Shown here: positions 1 to 12,100 of the stretch, piece after piece | Numbering within the stretch: position 1 is the stretch's first letter | Layout of the letters: each line of letters starts with the position of its first letter | Assembly (NCBI RefSeq): GCF_036321535.1 | Contig: NC_087444.1 | Location: 74,152,001 to 74,216,000 of the forward strand | Source of the DNA: Camelus dromedarius | Taxonomy: Eukaryota | DNA: 64,000 nt | Direction: 5' to 3' | Made by a program: the position numbers and the translations under genes | The notes under the pieces: model-generated | What the model was told of the DNA's origin: nothing | Seen by the model: the letters and a program-made list of their open reading frames with translations, nothing else | Database searches by the model: none

Positions 1-4
1 TGTC

Positions 5-250
5 CCTTCATTCATTCAAAAAAAATTTTTGAGCTCCCATATTGGGCCAGACACGTTCTAGTTCTCAAATAGCCTCTTACTGCTAAGAACTCACATTCCA
101 GTGAGGGGTGACAGACAGTACACAAATATAGAATATGTCATGTGGTGAGACTGTCACGATGACCACTAAAAACCGTAAGCACAGAGAGAGACAGTGCATC
201 AGGAGAGGGCCTCTCTGAGGAAGTAATAGCTAAATGAATGCTGGTGGGAT
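5..250 (-). mobile_element. L2 3' end fragment
   Basis: TTCATTCATTCAA...GAGCTCCCATATTGGGCCAGACAC...GGGCCTCTCTGAGGAAGT is the reversed L2 tail. Confidence 0.6.
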
Positions 251-719
251 GTACCAGAAAATGCAAAAGGATTCTTTTTCTGTGTCGGGGCTAGCAAAGA
301 GGCTGAGTGGGTGGGACATCTTTTATCCCAAATGCCTCTCCTTTGGAGTCAATTTGGGATGTAATTCTCTTCCTCTCTCTAGTTGGAAATCTGAGGCTAT
401 TTTTCCTCCAGTCTCTCCTAAAAAGGATGAATAAAACGGTTTTGGAAAGAATCCTTAGGAGACCTGTTAATACATGATGACTAGAAATAGGTACGGGAGT
501 GGCAAGGCAGGACAGGGCAGGACAGGGCAGGACATCATTGTGACGGTGACCGGCAGCCTGGCACGGAACAGAGGGCAAAAAGGGCACGTCTTTGTGGCTG
601 ATAAGAAGTGGGGGATAGACAAGAGGTCCCTTAGTCCAACTCTCCCTTGCTTGGGCCCATTTCACAGAAGCTTGAGAAGGCAAAGAAGACGCAGCCGTCC
701 CGCCGTGCCCTCCTAGCTG

Positions 720-1036
720 TAACCCCTTCAGTCTTCGCCCGCTAGAACAATACGCATGCGCCCGCTCCACCAGGCTGGGCGCGCGCCGGGGCAGCCCTAC
801 GCATGCGCGGCCTCGCTGTTTCCCGTAACCGACTAGCCCAGAGCGCGCCTTGCCCCTGAGTGCGCCTGCGTCGGGCGTGGATCCCAGGTGGTTTAGACGC
901 TGCGCGACCCCTCGGTACCGCTCCGCGCTCTTTGCGTTTTCTGGCGGGAAGAGCGCACGCTAATCTCCTCACAACGCAACTGCCGTTTTTCCTTCGTGGC
1001 CCTCAGCTGTGTCCAGAGCCTGGGACGTGACCGCAG
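720..1036 (+). promoter_or_regulatory. CpG-rich KASH5 promoter and probable non-coding exon 1
   Basis: CpG-dense patch with TACGCATGCGC twice (751-761, 798-808), TGCGCCTGCG (861-870, NRF1-like), GGCGGGAA (943-950, E2F-type) and a candidate donor CAG|GTGCGC at 1036/1037. The exon carrying the ATG starts after the acceptor TTCCAG at 3047. Confidence 0.65.
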
Positions 1037-3141
1037 GTGCGCGTTGGCCGTGGCGAGGTTCCCTGGAGTAGCCGTGTCAGAGCCCCTCCCGAAATCCTGG
1101 CAGATTTTTATCATAGAAGAGAGTCCCCAGTGTCAGGGCCTTCCAAGTCTTGAAATCTTTTTGAAATCCTAACCAAATCTCCTCAGAAATACTGAAAGGA
1201 ACCCCCCAGGAAATCTTAATAGGTGACCCCTGAAATCTGGTCAGAATCTTTCAGGAGTCCTATCAGACTTCTCCCTCAGAGCCTCCCTCTCTGAAATCCC
1301 GTTTCACTCCCTACCCAGATCCTGTCAGAGGCCCCCAAAAGTTCTGCCAAAGAGCCTCAGAAATCTTGTCAAACCCACCAAAACTCCTGTCAGATTCTCC
1401 AAAATCCTGTCAGAGATGCCCCCTCAGAAACCAAGAGACTCCCCAGAAATCCAGTCAGAGACCCCCTTAAAGTCCCCAGAATTCCTGCCTGACTCCTCCT
1501 CCTGCTAGAATCTCCCAAAGACCCCCAAGGTCCACCAGGGCCTCCCTCGGTCCCTTACCAAGAGTTTATCCCTCAAACCTTGTCAGAGGCTCCCAGTGCC
1601 TGTCAGCACCCTCGCTCACAGACACCCTTCCCCACTCAGCCTCATTCTGCATCCTCCATCCTTGTCCACACCCTGGAAGAGTCTCTCTTTAAAGACCCCT
1701 TTTTCTAGAACCTTCTAAAAGCTGACAAGAAGAGTATATTCCACAACTGGAGCCACAGAGAGCAGGGTGTGGGGAGTCCTTGGTGAGTAAAGAGGGGCTG
1801 AGTGGATGGGGTGAGGACAGACAGGCCCCAGGCAACCCTATGTTGAACATTTGCCCCAGTGTGCCCCGTTCGGCCTGAAGATCACTGTTGTCTGTTGTCA
1901 TTTTTAAGAGTGCCCTTTTCACTCTGGAAGGTGTCCTGGAGTTGAGCCCAAAAGTCGTGTGGTCAAGCTGATTGTAACAAAGGCAGGACAGGGCATTGTC
2001 AGGGCACAGGGGAGGGAGTCCCTAACTGCTGTGGTGACGGGGGACGAGGGGGCTTGCAGTGTGACCTGGGCTGGGAAGGACCATGGGCAGATGCTGAATC
2101 CCCATAAGCTGTGATGAGAGTGAGGGACCTGGAGGTCAGCCAGCGGAGCGAAAAGTGACAAAAAAGAAGCCAGGAGTTGAAAGGACCACTCTGTGCCACA
2201 CCAGCCTGAGGGGCTGAGACTTAGTCCTGAGGGCACTAGGTAGCCATGGGAGGGCTGGGAGCAGGAGAGAGATAGGGGAGGCTCGCCAGGGAGGCTATCA
2301 GCTCCAAATACAGATGGACGTAGCGAGAATGTCAGTAGCTAAGGGCGGTTTGGGACCCCAGAAACAGCATCTCGTTCAGAAATGTTTTCCAGAAGAGGGG
2401 ATATGTGAGCTAAGACACGAAGGGCTGGGGAGGAGGGTGTCCCAGCCAGAGACCGGGAGGTGGAAACAGCCAGCCCAGTTTGGGGAACAGCAGGTAGTTT
2501 AGAGTGGCTGAAGCAGCAAGTGGGATTTGGAGTGGGGGAGGCAGGTGGACCCAGGCCGTGCAGACCCTTAGATATCAAGTCCAAGGTCAAGGCTTTTTGC
2601 CCAGGGTGCTGGGGAGCCATGGAACAACACTGAGGAAGGGGGGCAGGTCAGCTCTGAGGCCCTGTGAGGATAGACTGACGCCAGGAGGCTGAAGAGGAGG
2701 CTGGGACGAGGGCCCAGGGGGAGAGGCTGAAGCCTGATCCAGGCCTTAGGGAAGGAGAGGAGGGGACAGCGTAGGAGGGACAGGGCTGGGGAACTTCATA
2801 AACAGGAGGGATGGCAGGAGGCAGTGACCCCCACCCACCAGCCCTACTTTGATCTCTTCCGCCTACTCCTTGGGCCCCCATTTTCCCAGCCCCCACCTCC
2901 AATCCATAAAACAGGTCTGAGCGGGAGCTGCTCTGGTCCAGGCAGGGGTGGGCAAACAGGTTCTGAGAACCCAGAGTGGCCTGGGGCACAGGTGGGGCAG
3001 CGCAGTGGCTGGTCTGCAGAGGCCATTTCCCTGTCTGTCCTTCCAGGAGCTCTTGGAGCAGCCAGTCCTTTTTCAGTCCCTCCCAGTGATGGAGAGAGGC
3101 TGTTAGTTTCGTCAGCAGCTGCAGAGCAGCAGGGGTGGCCC

Positions 3142-6100
3142 ATGGACCTGCCAGAGGCCCAGGCGGGTGGTCCGGCTACAAAAAGTAAGTGGCTGGTTCC
3201 CTGTTTGTCCAGCGGGAGGATAAGGAGGGAGCAGAGGGCATATGAGGCACCAGGCTGTGACTCGGGGACTTAGGAGAGGTGGCTAGGGGTGGCAGAGCCT
3301 CCACTTTGATGCAGGGTGGGAGCGAGGTATCGATCATTTGATTAAGTTCCTGCTGTGTGCCCACCTGCCTGGACACCTGATCTCATTTGACTGGGAAAGA
3401 GTAGAAGCCTCTGTGTGCGCCGTGTCCCCTGCCTGGAGTGCCCTTCTCCAGGGACTGGCAGCATCACCCCTCACTTCACTCAGATCTCTGCTTTCTATCA
3501 AGCAGCTGCCCTGTCACCCTCTCTCCCCTTTCCCACTTTACTTTTCTTCATAGCACTAACATGTACTGTCTGCCTCTTTAGACTCCGTCTCCCTCACTAG
3601 AACATGAGCTCCACAGGACAGGCTCGGTTTTATTCACTCTGCTATTCCCTGTCCCTAGAGCAGCACTGGCCAATGTGCAAACCATAGACATAGTTGTAAA
3701 TTCTGTTAGTAGCCACATTAAAAGAAAAAAGAAACAGACAAATGAATGGCAATCATAGATCTTATTTAACCCAATATATCCAAAACAGTATAAATATATT
3801 GGAGTTCTTCTCTTTTTTTCATACTAAGTCTTCAAAACCTGGTGTGTGCTTTACCCTCACAGAGCATCTCAATTCACACTCAATACTGTTCAGGTCTCAA
3901 GAACAACTGTGGCCAGTGTCTGCCCTGTTGGTTACGCTGTCCTAGAATAATGCCTGGCATGTAATAGGAACCTAATCACTAAGTCCCTGAGTGATTGGAT
4001 GGATGCAGACAAAATGGGTGCAAAAACAGCTTCAGGAGGAAGACGCTGGGTTGTCCTTTCTGAAGCTCACCTGTTAAGTGAGAGAGCCCAATCTGATGGG
4101 GAGGAGGATCCCAGCCTAGAGGAGAGGCAGGGCCCTTTTCTTAGAGCCTCCTAGCGTCCAGCAGCAGAGCCTGCATCTTTTCTCAAGACTGCAGACCTGG
4201 ACTCTGGCCTCAGAAGTCTCTCCAGATAGGAAGGTAGGAGGCCAACACCCAGGTTTGGGAAGTCAGGGCAGTGGGACCGAGTGACCAGCATCTAAACTTC
4301 ATCTGCACCAGCAGAGGGCGCGCGGCCACCAAGGAACCCATGGGCAAGGGCTGAGCCAGCTTTGGGAGGCTCACGATAGGAAGGGAGGGACACACCCGAG
4401 AGAGATGGAGACCGAGGAAGGCAGCGGGTGAAAAGAGACAGAGAGACAGCAGAAGGAGAGAGAAGGCTCGGGGAGCAGAGAGTTGCAGAGACACGGGAAA
4501 AGAAGCATAGAGAAGCAGAGACAGGGAAGAAAAGCCACAGACGTGGAGACAGAGAGGCGGGACTCAGGGGACAGAGAGATGGGGAGGAAGACAGAAAGAG
4601 CCAGAGAGAAAACTAGAGAAGGGACAGGACAGAGGCACACAGAGAGATAGAGACACTGAGGAAGGAAATGAAAGAAAGAGAACGGAGAGAGACAGAGTGA
4701 CATCTTCCTGAGGGGCCCTGGGAGGCAGTGTCACATCTGCACTGTAGATACATGCAGATCCTCAGAGCCCGTGACATCTGGAGCCAGACAGACGTCGCTG
4801 GGCCCCCCTCCTCCATAACACGGGATGCTTGGTGAGGGGAGTGTCTCCCCCAGTTGTAGGTTCCTGCTCCCCTTCCCTAAGAGCATGGATTCAAACCCGA
4901 GGTGGCCGAATTTTAGCTCACTGTAAAGAATCCTTGAAGAGTTAGAGGAATGAGAAAGGGCACTTGTATGTTGAATATGTGACCTTGGGCAAGTTCCTAA
5001 CTTCTCTGTGCCTGAGTATCCTCATCTGTAAAGTGGGGCTAATAATACCAGCCACCATGGTTCATACAAGATGCTGAAAAGACGCCTGGCACCTATTCAA
5101 TGCTGAATAAATGTTCAATTTTATTATTGAGCTTCTACCACATGCCAGGCCCTCTGCTGGGCTTTTCTAGATTTTTATCTCATTTCAACTCTAGGAGGGA
5201 AAACACCCCTCCCTCCCCATTTTCCAGAGGAAGAAACTGAGGCTCAGAGAGGCTGAGTTCCTTGCCCGGGTTGTCCCCTGGGTCTGCCAGACCCTGTGCT
5301 TGGGCCAATGCTACACCCACCTATCCAAGAGCAGGGCAGGGAGCCTCAAAGATTACTTACAGCCCTAGAAAAGAGGCTTGACTGGCCCAGTGGCTCCTGG
5401 GGTAGGGAAATGTAGGCTCCTCCTGTATATTGGAGCATTTATTGAGTGCCTGTTATGTGTGGGCACAATGCATACAGCAGTGGACAAACAGACCCCAGGA
5501 TATTCACATTGTGTGTGTGTGGAGTGAGAGAGCTCTTCACAAACACAGACCTAACCCATCGCTGAGGAAAGGGATCACTTCCCCATTTTACTCGTGGGGA
5601 AACTGAGGCTACAAATGGAGAACAGACTTGCCCACAGTCATGCAACTGGGCTTCTAACTGCTCCCTCACCACCCACCCTGGCTGGATCGCCCCATCCCCC
5701 TTTGTCTCAAGCCCCTAGCCGGGGCTCGGATGACGCCAGCCTTGAGGATGTGAGGAGAGACCCAGCCCCCCGAGGAGGGCTAGGAGACCGGAGATGTTGC
5801 AGGCAAGATCGATCCACGCTGCCCGCGCATTATCGGATTGTTCCTGGCTCCTGGGCCCCGCTTCATCCTCGGCTTCTCCCAGAATCCTCTCTTCTTTGCC
5901 CTCCTCCGCCCCTGGCCCCCTCTGAGCCGAGCTTGGGAAGCAGGGGAAGAGAGGAGGAAAGGCTGTACTTGGTATCTGGGCTCCTGAGTGGTCTGGACAC
6001 AAAGGATTAGACAGCAGGGGACACTTCCTGGCCTGAAAGATAGGGCTCACATCCCCAGGTCAGGGGGTGAGGGGGGGAGGTAATTCAAAGACTCTCACAT

Positions 6101-9100
6101 TGCGTGCCCCCACCCAAAGCTTCCTGCTCCCTCCGCAGGATCCCAGGACTAGTTCACTTCTATTCATCCTCCTTCCTCACGGGTGGGCTGGCTCTCTTGT
6201 CTCCTCAGTGTACCTCTGGGACAAGCCGGAAGAGGGGAGCCTGGGGACTCTGCTCAGCTTAGAGGAGCAAATACTCAACTCCACATTTGAAGCTTGTGAT
6301 CCCCAAAGGACAGGTCAGAGAGACAAGGAATAAAAAGAGATGGAGCCTGGGGGCTGGGATCTCGGGAGCCACAGAGAGAGCAATGGGCTAGGTTGAAAGT
6401 GGGTGAGTGTGGGAAGCTTCCGGAAGGAAGTAGCTAAGGGGATGGAGGCCTTTCAGGACAAGGACAGTGTGGGGAGGAAAACTTGGGGGACACTGACAGA
6501 GGAAGGTGGGGCTTTGGAGCCTGAGGAGGGAAGAAGGTCAGCCACGGTGAGCCTGGTAGGGCACAGCTGGTATTCGCGTCCACCCTCTGAGGTAGGGATG
6601 CCTGGGCCCCATTTCTATGTGAAATAGTTGAGAAGAAGGGAAAGGGATTGTCCAAGGAGTCTCAGCCGGCTGGCCGTGGTGCAGGGGTGCCACTAGCCCA
6701 GCCAGTGGTCCCACTTCAAAGCCATCCCCATCCCCCACCCCTCACCTGCCCCAGTCTCCCTCATAGCATGCTCTATCCCTAGGCACCGTGGCTGTGACCC
6801 ATGTACTAGCCTACCTGGAGGCTGTAACGGGACGGGGCCCCCAGGATGCGCGCCTCCAAACACTAGCCTGCAGCCTGGACCCCAATGGGGAAGGCCCTCA
6901 GGCCACCGTGGACTTGGACACCTTCCTAGTCATCATGCGAGACTGGATCGCTGCCTGTCAGCTGGATGGGTGAGTCCCTGCACCTCCACCCTCCCCCAGG
7001 AAACCCTTCCTAAGATCTAACCTCATTTCTGCTTACTACAGCCAGCACCCTATGGGCACAGGGACCTGCTGTGGCTGGAAAGAGGCTGATGAGGAAAGAA
7101 AAGTAAAGAGATGGGTTGGGGGAGGGGCAGAGGGGCTGAGGGTAAAGTACCTACGATGGGGAGGCAGAGGAAGTCTGTGGGGCAGAAATAAAAGGGGCTG
7201 GAAGGAGGAGAGCAGGGCCCCTCCCCATCCCTCCTCCAAACCCAGTCCTCACCCCTCCTGTTTTTCCATCTGGCCCCAGGCACTTGCCATCTGGCCTCAC
7301 CTTCCTCCCCACGGTGCTTGCTCTCACCTGATCTGGCCCCTCCTTCCGCCACCCCCAACCCCTCTGCCCGTGGCTGGTCAGGACGAGGGTGGTGGCTGCA
7401 GGGGGCTCGAAGCTTCATCCCTTTGATACAGGGGATTAGAGCTGGAAGAGGAGACCGCCTTCGAGGGAGCCCTGACCTCCCAGCAACGGCCATCTGGTGA
7501 GATTGCTATATATAGAATGAAGCACACAGGCTCAGAGTCAGACAGTGGGGGGGACTTCCCACCTGGGGGCAGAGCAAAGGATAGGGTGGGACACCAGAGG
7601 CATTTGCTCTAACGTGGAGCTGTGGAGTTTGGCTTTCTAGGCTTTGGTTTTTACTCCATGACTGTGTCCCTACCTTCCCTGAGCTTTGAGTTTGGTTCTT
7701 CTTCCTCACAGGTTGTTTCCAGCTCCTTCTCCAAATACCAACCCCATTACAGAGGCCTACAAGGCCCCTCCCACCATCACCATCATGGTCCTCAAGCCGG
7801 CCCCTCCCTGCACTTTGGTCCCTGCATTTGCAGTCCCTCTGGCCTTGCCTGCTCACCTGCCTCATCTCCAGCCTTGGCTCAGGCTGTTTTCTCAACCTAA
7901 ACTGTCGACCAGGCCTTTCCTCATCCTGCACACCTGGTGGGGAAGCCCTGGTGGGGAAGCTCTGGGATGCTGCAGGCTAAGGGCCCTTACTCTTCGGCTC
8001 ACTCAGCCCAGACCTGCATTCCTTTCCTGCAGAAATCTGATTATCTGACTAGTTACCTGCCACGCTGTTTGGTTAGTTGGTTTGCTCACCATTCTACCCC
8101 AAAGCCTTCACACATAGGAGGTGCTCCATAAAAAAGTGTTGATGTTGTGTTTCTCCACTCTTACAAAAACAAAACAAAAGCCAAAAAAATACAGCCTTCT
8201 TGGCATTCTCTTCAACCTCCTCCAACCGGGCTTGGGGGCCAAGAGAGGGCTGTGAGCAGGGGAGAGGCAGGTCAGCTCCAAACAAGGAAAGACCCTTCTG
8301 CAGCCAAGTGCGGGGAAGGACAGGAGGGAGAGGCTGGAGGCTAGAAGACCGAGAGGAGGCTGTCCGGGGAAGAAGGCAAGGAGTGAGGGAGTCAGGACAG
8401 CCCAGTGTCTGGGTGGGTGAGTTGGGGTACTGAGAGGAGAAACAGGTTTAGGGTAGTTGAGGGGCTGCCCACGGTAGGGCATGATGAATGTGGGGTGGTT
8501 GGGGCCATGAGGAGATCCAGCCTGAGTTCAAGTTACCCATGAGCAGGAGTCCTTTCTGGATGGTGGATGTAATTGCAGCCCCAGGAGCAGGTGGAATCAC
8601 CCAGAGTTAATGTGAAGGTGGAGGCTAAAGGAGGACCAAGGCCATAGTCCTGGAGTACCCCAACATCAAAGGTCACCTGGGAGCCCACCACCCTCTATGT
8701 CTCCCTCCAGGATGCCCAGAAGCTGAGGATCCAGCCAACCTGGAGAGCTTCGGAGGCGAAGACCCCAGACCTGAGTTGTACCTATCCTCAGGCCCCTTCC
8801 TGCCCTCTCCTTGCCCTGTGACTTCCTGCCTGCCTGGGGCCCGGGGCTTGGCCTAGGGCTTTGGGTCCCTCGGGAAAGTGGGTGAGGGACAGGGGCTGTG
8901 CCAAGAGCACAGGAAGAACAGGGTAGCCTCCCTCCTGTTTCTCTTTCTCTCCAAAAGCCGCATCTTCCCTTCACCAACACCTACCCTGACCTGGGGAAAG
9001 GAGGCCAGGGCTGTGGGCAGTGACCCTGGACCTTCCCTGCCCTCAGGCCCACCACAGCTGACCTGCTGAGCAGTCTGGAGGACTTGGAGCTCAGCAACCG

Positions 9101-12100
9101 CCGCCTGGTGGGGGAGAACGCCAAATTGCAGCGCAGTGTGGAGACGGCCGAGGAGGGGTCTGCACGCCTCCGGGAGGAGATTTTGGCCCTGCGCAAGCAG
9201 CTCCGCAGGTGCGCCTGGCCCCAGCCCGCCCTCCCTCACCCCCATGTCCCACCTGCCCGCAGCCCCAGGCTTGCTCCCACTCAGTCTATTAGACAGAAAC
9301 TGGGTCTCTGCCCCACTACTCAGTCTCCTTCCTTCCTTTTCTCTGAGTCTCTGGGATTTCTTTGTTGCTCCCATCTCTCTGAGTGGATCTATCACTGTGG
9401 TCTCTGTCTTCCTCTCTCTCATGTGACCCACCTGCCCTGCCCCAACTCAGCACCCAGCAGGCTCTGCAGTTTGCCAAGGCTGTGGATGAGGAGTTGGAGG
9501 ATCTGAAGACTCTGGCCAAGAGCCTGGAGGAACAGAATCGCAACCTTCTGGCCCAGGCCCGGCGGACGGTGGGTTTGGGGCAAGGGGCATGAAGGTGCAT
9601 TCTTTCCTCCCACTTTCTCAGAGTCTGAGCAACAGAGCCTGAGTGTGGAGTGCGAGAGGGCAGAGGCCACCCAGGCTTCCTCCCTCAGTCCAGGTCCCGC
9701 TGACCCCAGACTTTGGGTCCAGATCTACTTGCCATCCCTCTTGTGACAAAGGGGAGCCATCAGGGGTCCCCAGACCTATTCCTCAGCCCTGTTCCTCAAT
9801 GGTCCAGGCCTGAGTTGTGTTCCTAAGGGTGGGAAAAGGGCAATATGGGGGCAAGGAGTTCTGAAAAGAAGCCTTTGTTCTCTCTCTCGGGTTGGTCAGG
9901 AAAAGGAGCAGCAGCATCTGGTAGCTGAGATGGAGACTCTGCACGAGGAGGTGAGCTGAGACCCAGCACCCATCCCCACCCCTTCCCCAGTCCTCAGGAT
10001 CTTCCCACCCTACCCCCTGCTGCCCCAAACACCCTTCAGTTTGGTGAGGGAGACCCTAGAATCCCAATAATGTATGAATGTCCCTGAAGGTCACATCGTT
10101 ACATGTGAGAACTGCCACAGTTGGTAAGAATGTGGGGCATGGGGCGGACTGCCTGGTTATGCTGAGGCTGTCTCCATAAGCATGGGCCATTCCATCCCTT
10201 CTCTGTGCCTTGGTGTCCCCACCTGTGAAAATGGGCATCATAATGGAATCTCCCTGGTTGGATTGTATGATATTTAAATAGAGGATGCTTGTAAAGTCCT
10301 AAGAACAAGGCAGGACACATGGGAAGAGCTCACTAAAAGTTAGCTAATGTTGTTCATATATTAGTATTATTAATAGCGGAAAGAACACAGGCCCTAAAGT
10401 CAGTCCTGAGTTCAAATCCCATCTCTGCCACTTACAAAACAGACAATCTTTAGGCATGTGACTTCTCCTTTCTGAGCCTTAGTTTTATTCTCTAAGAACA
10501 GCGCAGAAGGGTATCTGTTCAATAGGATTGTTGTGGGAATTAAATGGGTGATTTTAGTCCAGAGCTTAGCACATAACATGAACTGGCCAAGTCCAACCTC
10601 ATGTCTAATTCAAGCCGTATTCCATCTGAGACAGAAAACATCATCTTAGTTAATTCTGGGCCCACCTAGTCCTTTTAGGTGGAAACTGAAACTGATCAAT
10701 TGATGATGAAACTCATCACTGACCCCCCTACTACCCCTCCACGTACACAAGGTGGCATCTAAGTTGCTGCAGACCCTCGCAGCATCTCAGTGCTCCTCAG
10801 TCAATGTCTATTCTCCCTACTGGTCACAAGATTGATGTTTGTTGTTCCATCTGGGCCTCAGCCTTAGTCACCACTGCACACTAGCATCCACTGGGAGGCT
10901 GACATTGCCTTCTGGTCTCTGACGTACTCTCCTCACTGCATCTGCAGTGGTGGTGGCTCTCATCTGGACCCCACAACCCACCAGTGCTGCTGGGGGTCCT
11001 CCACACCCTTCCAGGGGCACAGAAGAGTTTTAGCTGCTTTCCTATAATTCTTTGTCACCCTCACGGGGCCCTCTGTGCCTCATCTCCTTACAGAGCCATT
11101 TCTATTCTATAATTCACACACCTTGCTAGTTCTGAGAGTGAGTTGGGAAACACCTGTCTCAGATTCCCAGACGTCCCAGGGATTCTGTGATTCAACTGCA
11201 TCCATCCTCTCCACCCCTCACAGCTTGGGGCTGGCTCAGGGCCCATTTTCATCCTATTGTTCTCTTTTTCGATTCTCCTAAACCCCTCCCCCAGCCCTAA
11301 GGATCACTGCCCAGTCCAGGCAATAATACTCATTCTGCCTTATCCCCCCAAATCTCTTTGTCCTACATCTGTATTATGGCTTTTACATTTAAACCAAAAA
11401 ATACTCCACATTGTGCTCTGGCTCTTCCATGAAAATTCCCTCTCTTGGGGCAAAGGAAATCTTCACTGCCGGTTGGCTGTCATGGTGTGAGGCATGGGAT
11501 GCAGACAGGATGTGACTATTTCTTCCAGAACATCTCTTTTTAAGAACAAGGAGAAACTTGCCCTGAAGCCCCATGGCAGAACCTCCCTCATATCTCATTG
11601 GCGAAAGTGACATCAAATGATTATAGCCAAACGACTCCCTGGCATGGGTAACACAGCAGTGGCTGGAATACTTTCAGCTCCAAGGAAGAAAATGCTGAAG
11701 AAATGGCAGCTTCAGTCTGAAGGACACTCGTTTACTTAACAAGAGATTTTGAAGATTCTGGGCTAGGTTGGCAGCTTTTTGACTTGTTTGCCTGTGGCCT
11801 CAGAATCATAGATGGCTGCAACAGTTCCAAACTTCATGTTCTCCCTCAAACCAGGACAAAGAGGGGTGAATGCTCCTCTTATGCTCTCTCTTTTCATAAG
11901 AAGGAAAAACTTTTCCAGGAGCACCCCCACTTCACCCCCACACCAGCAGACCTCTCCTACATCTCACTGGACAAACTGGATCACATGACAAGGGAAGCTG
12001 GGAGAATATCTGACCTTCCTCAGCCTGCAGAGTGGGAGACAAATGAGTGAGGGCAGGGTGAGAACGGCTGTTGGATTAGCTAACCAGCCTGGTGTCCTGA

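Noticed and set aside
10700-10722. C/D-box snoRNA (ATGATGA ... CTGA)
   Set aside because: The boxes are only about 10 nt apart, too short for a snoRNA. It is just a small hairpin.
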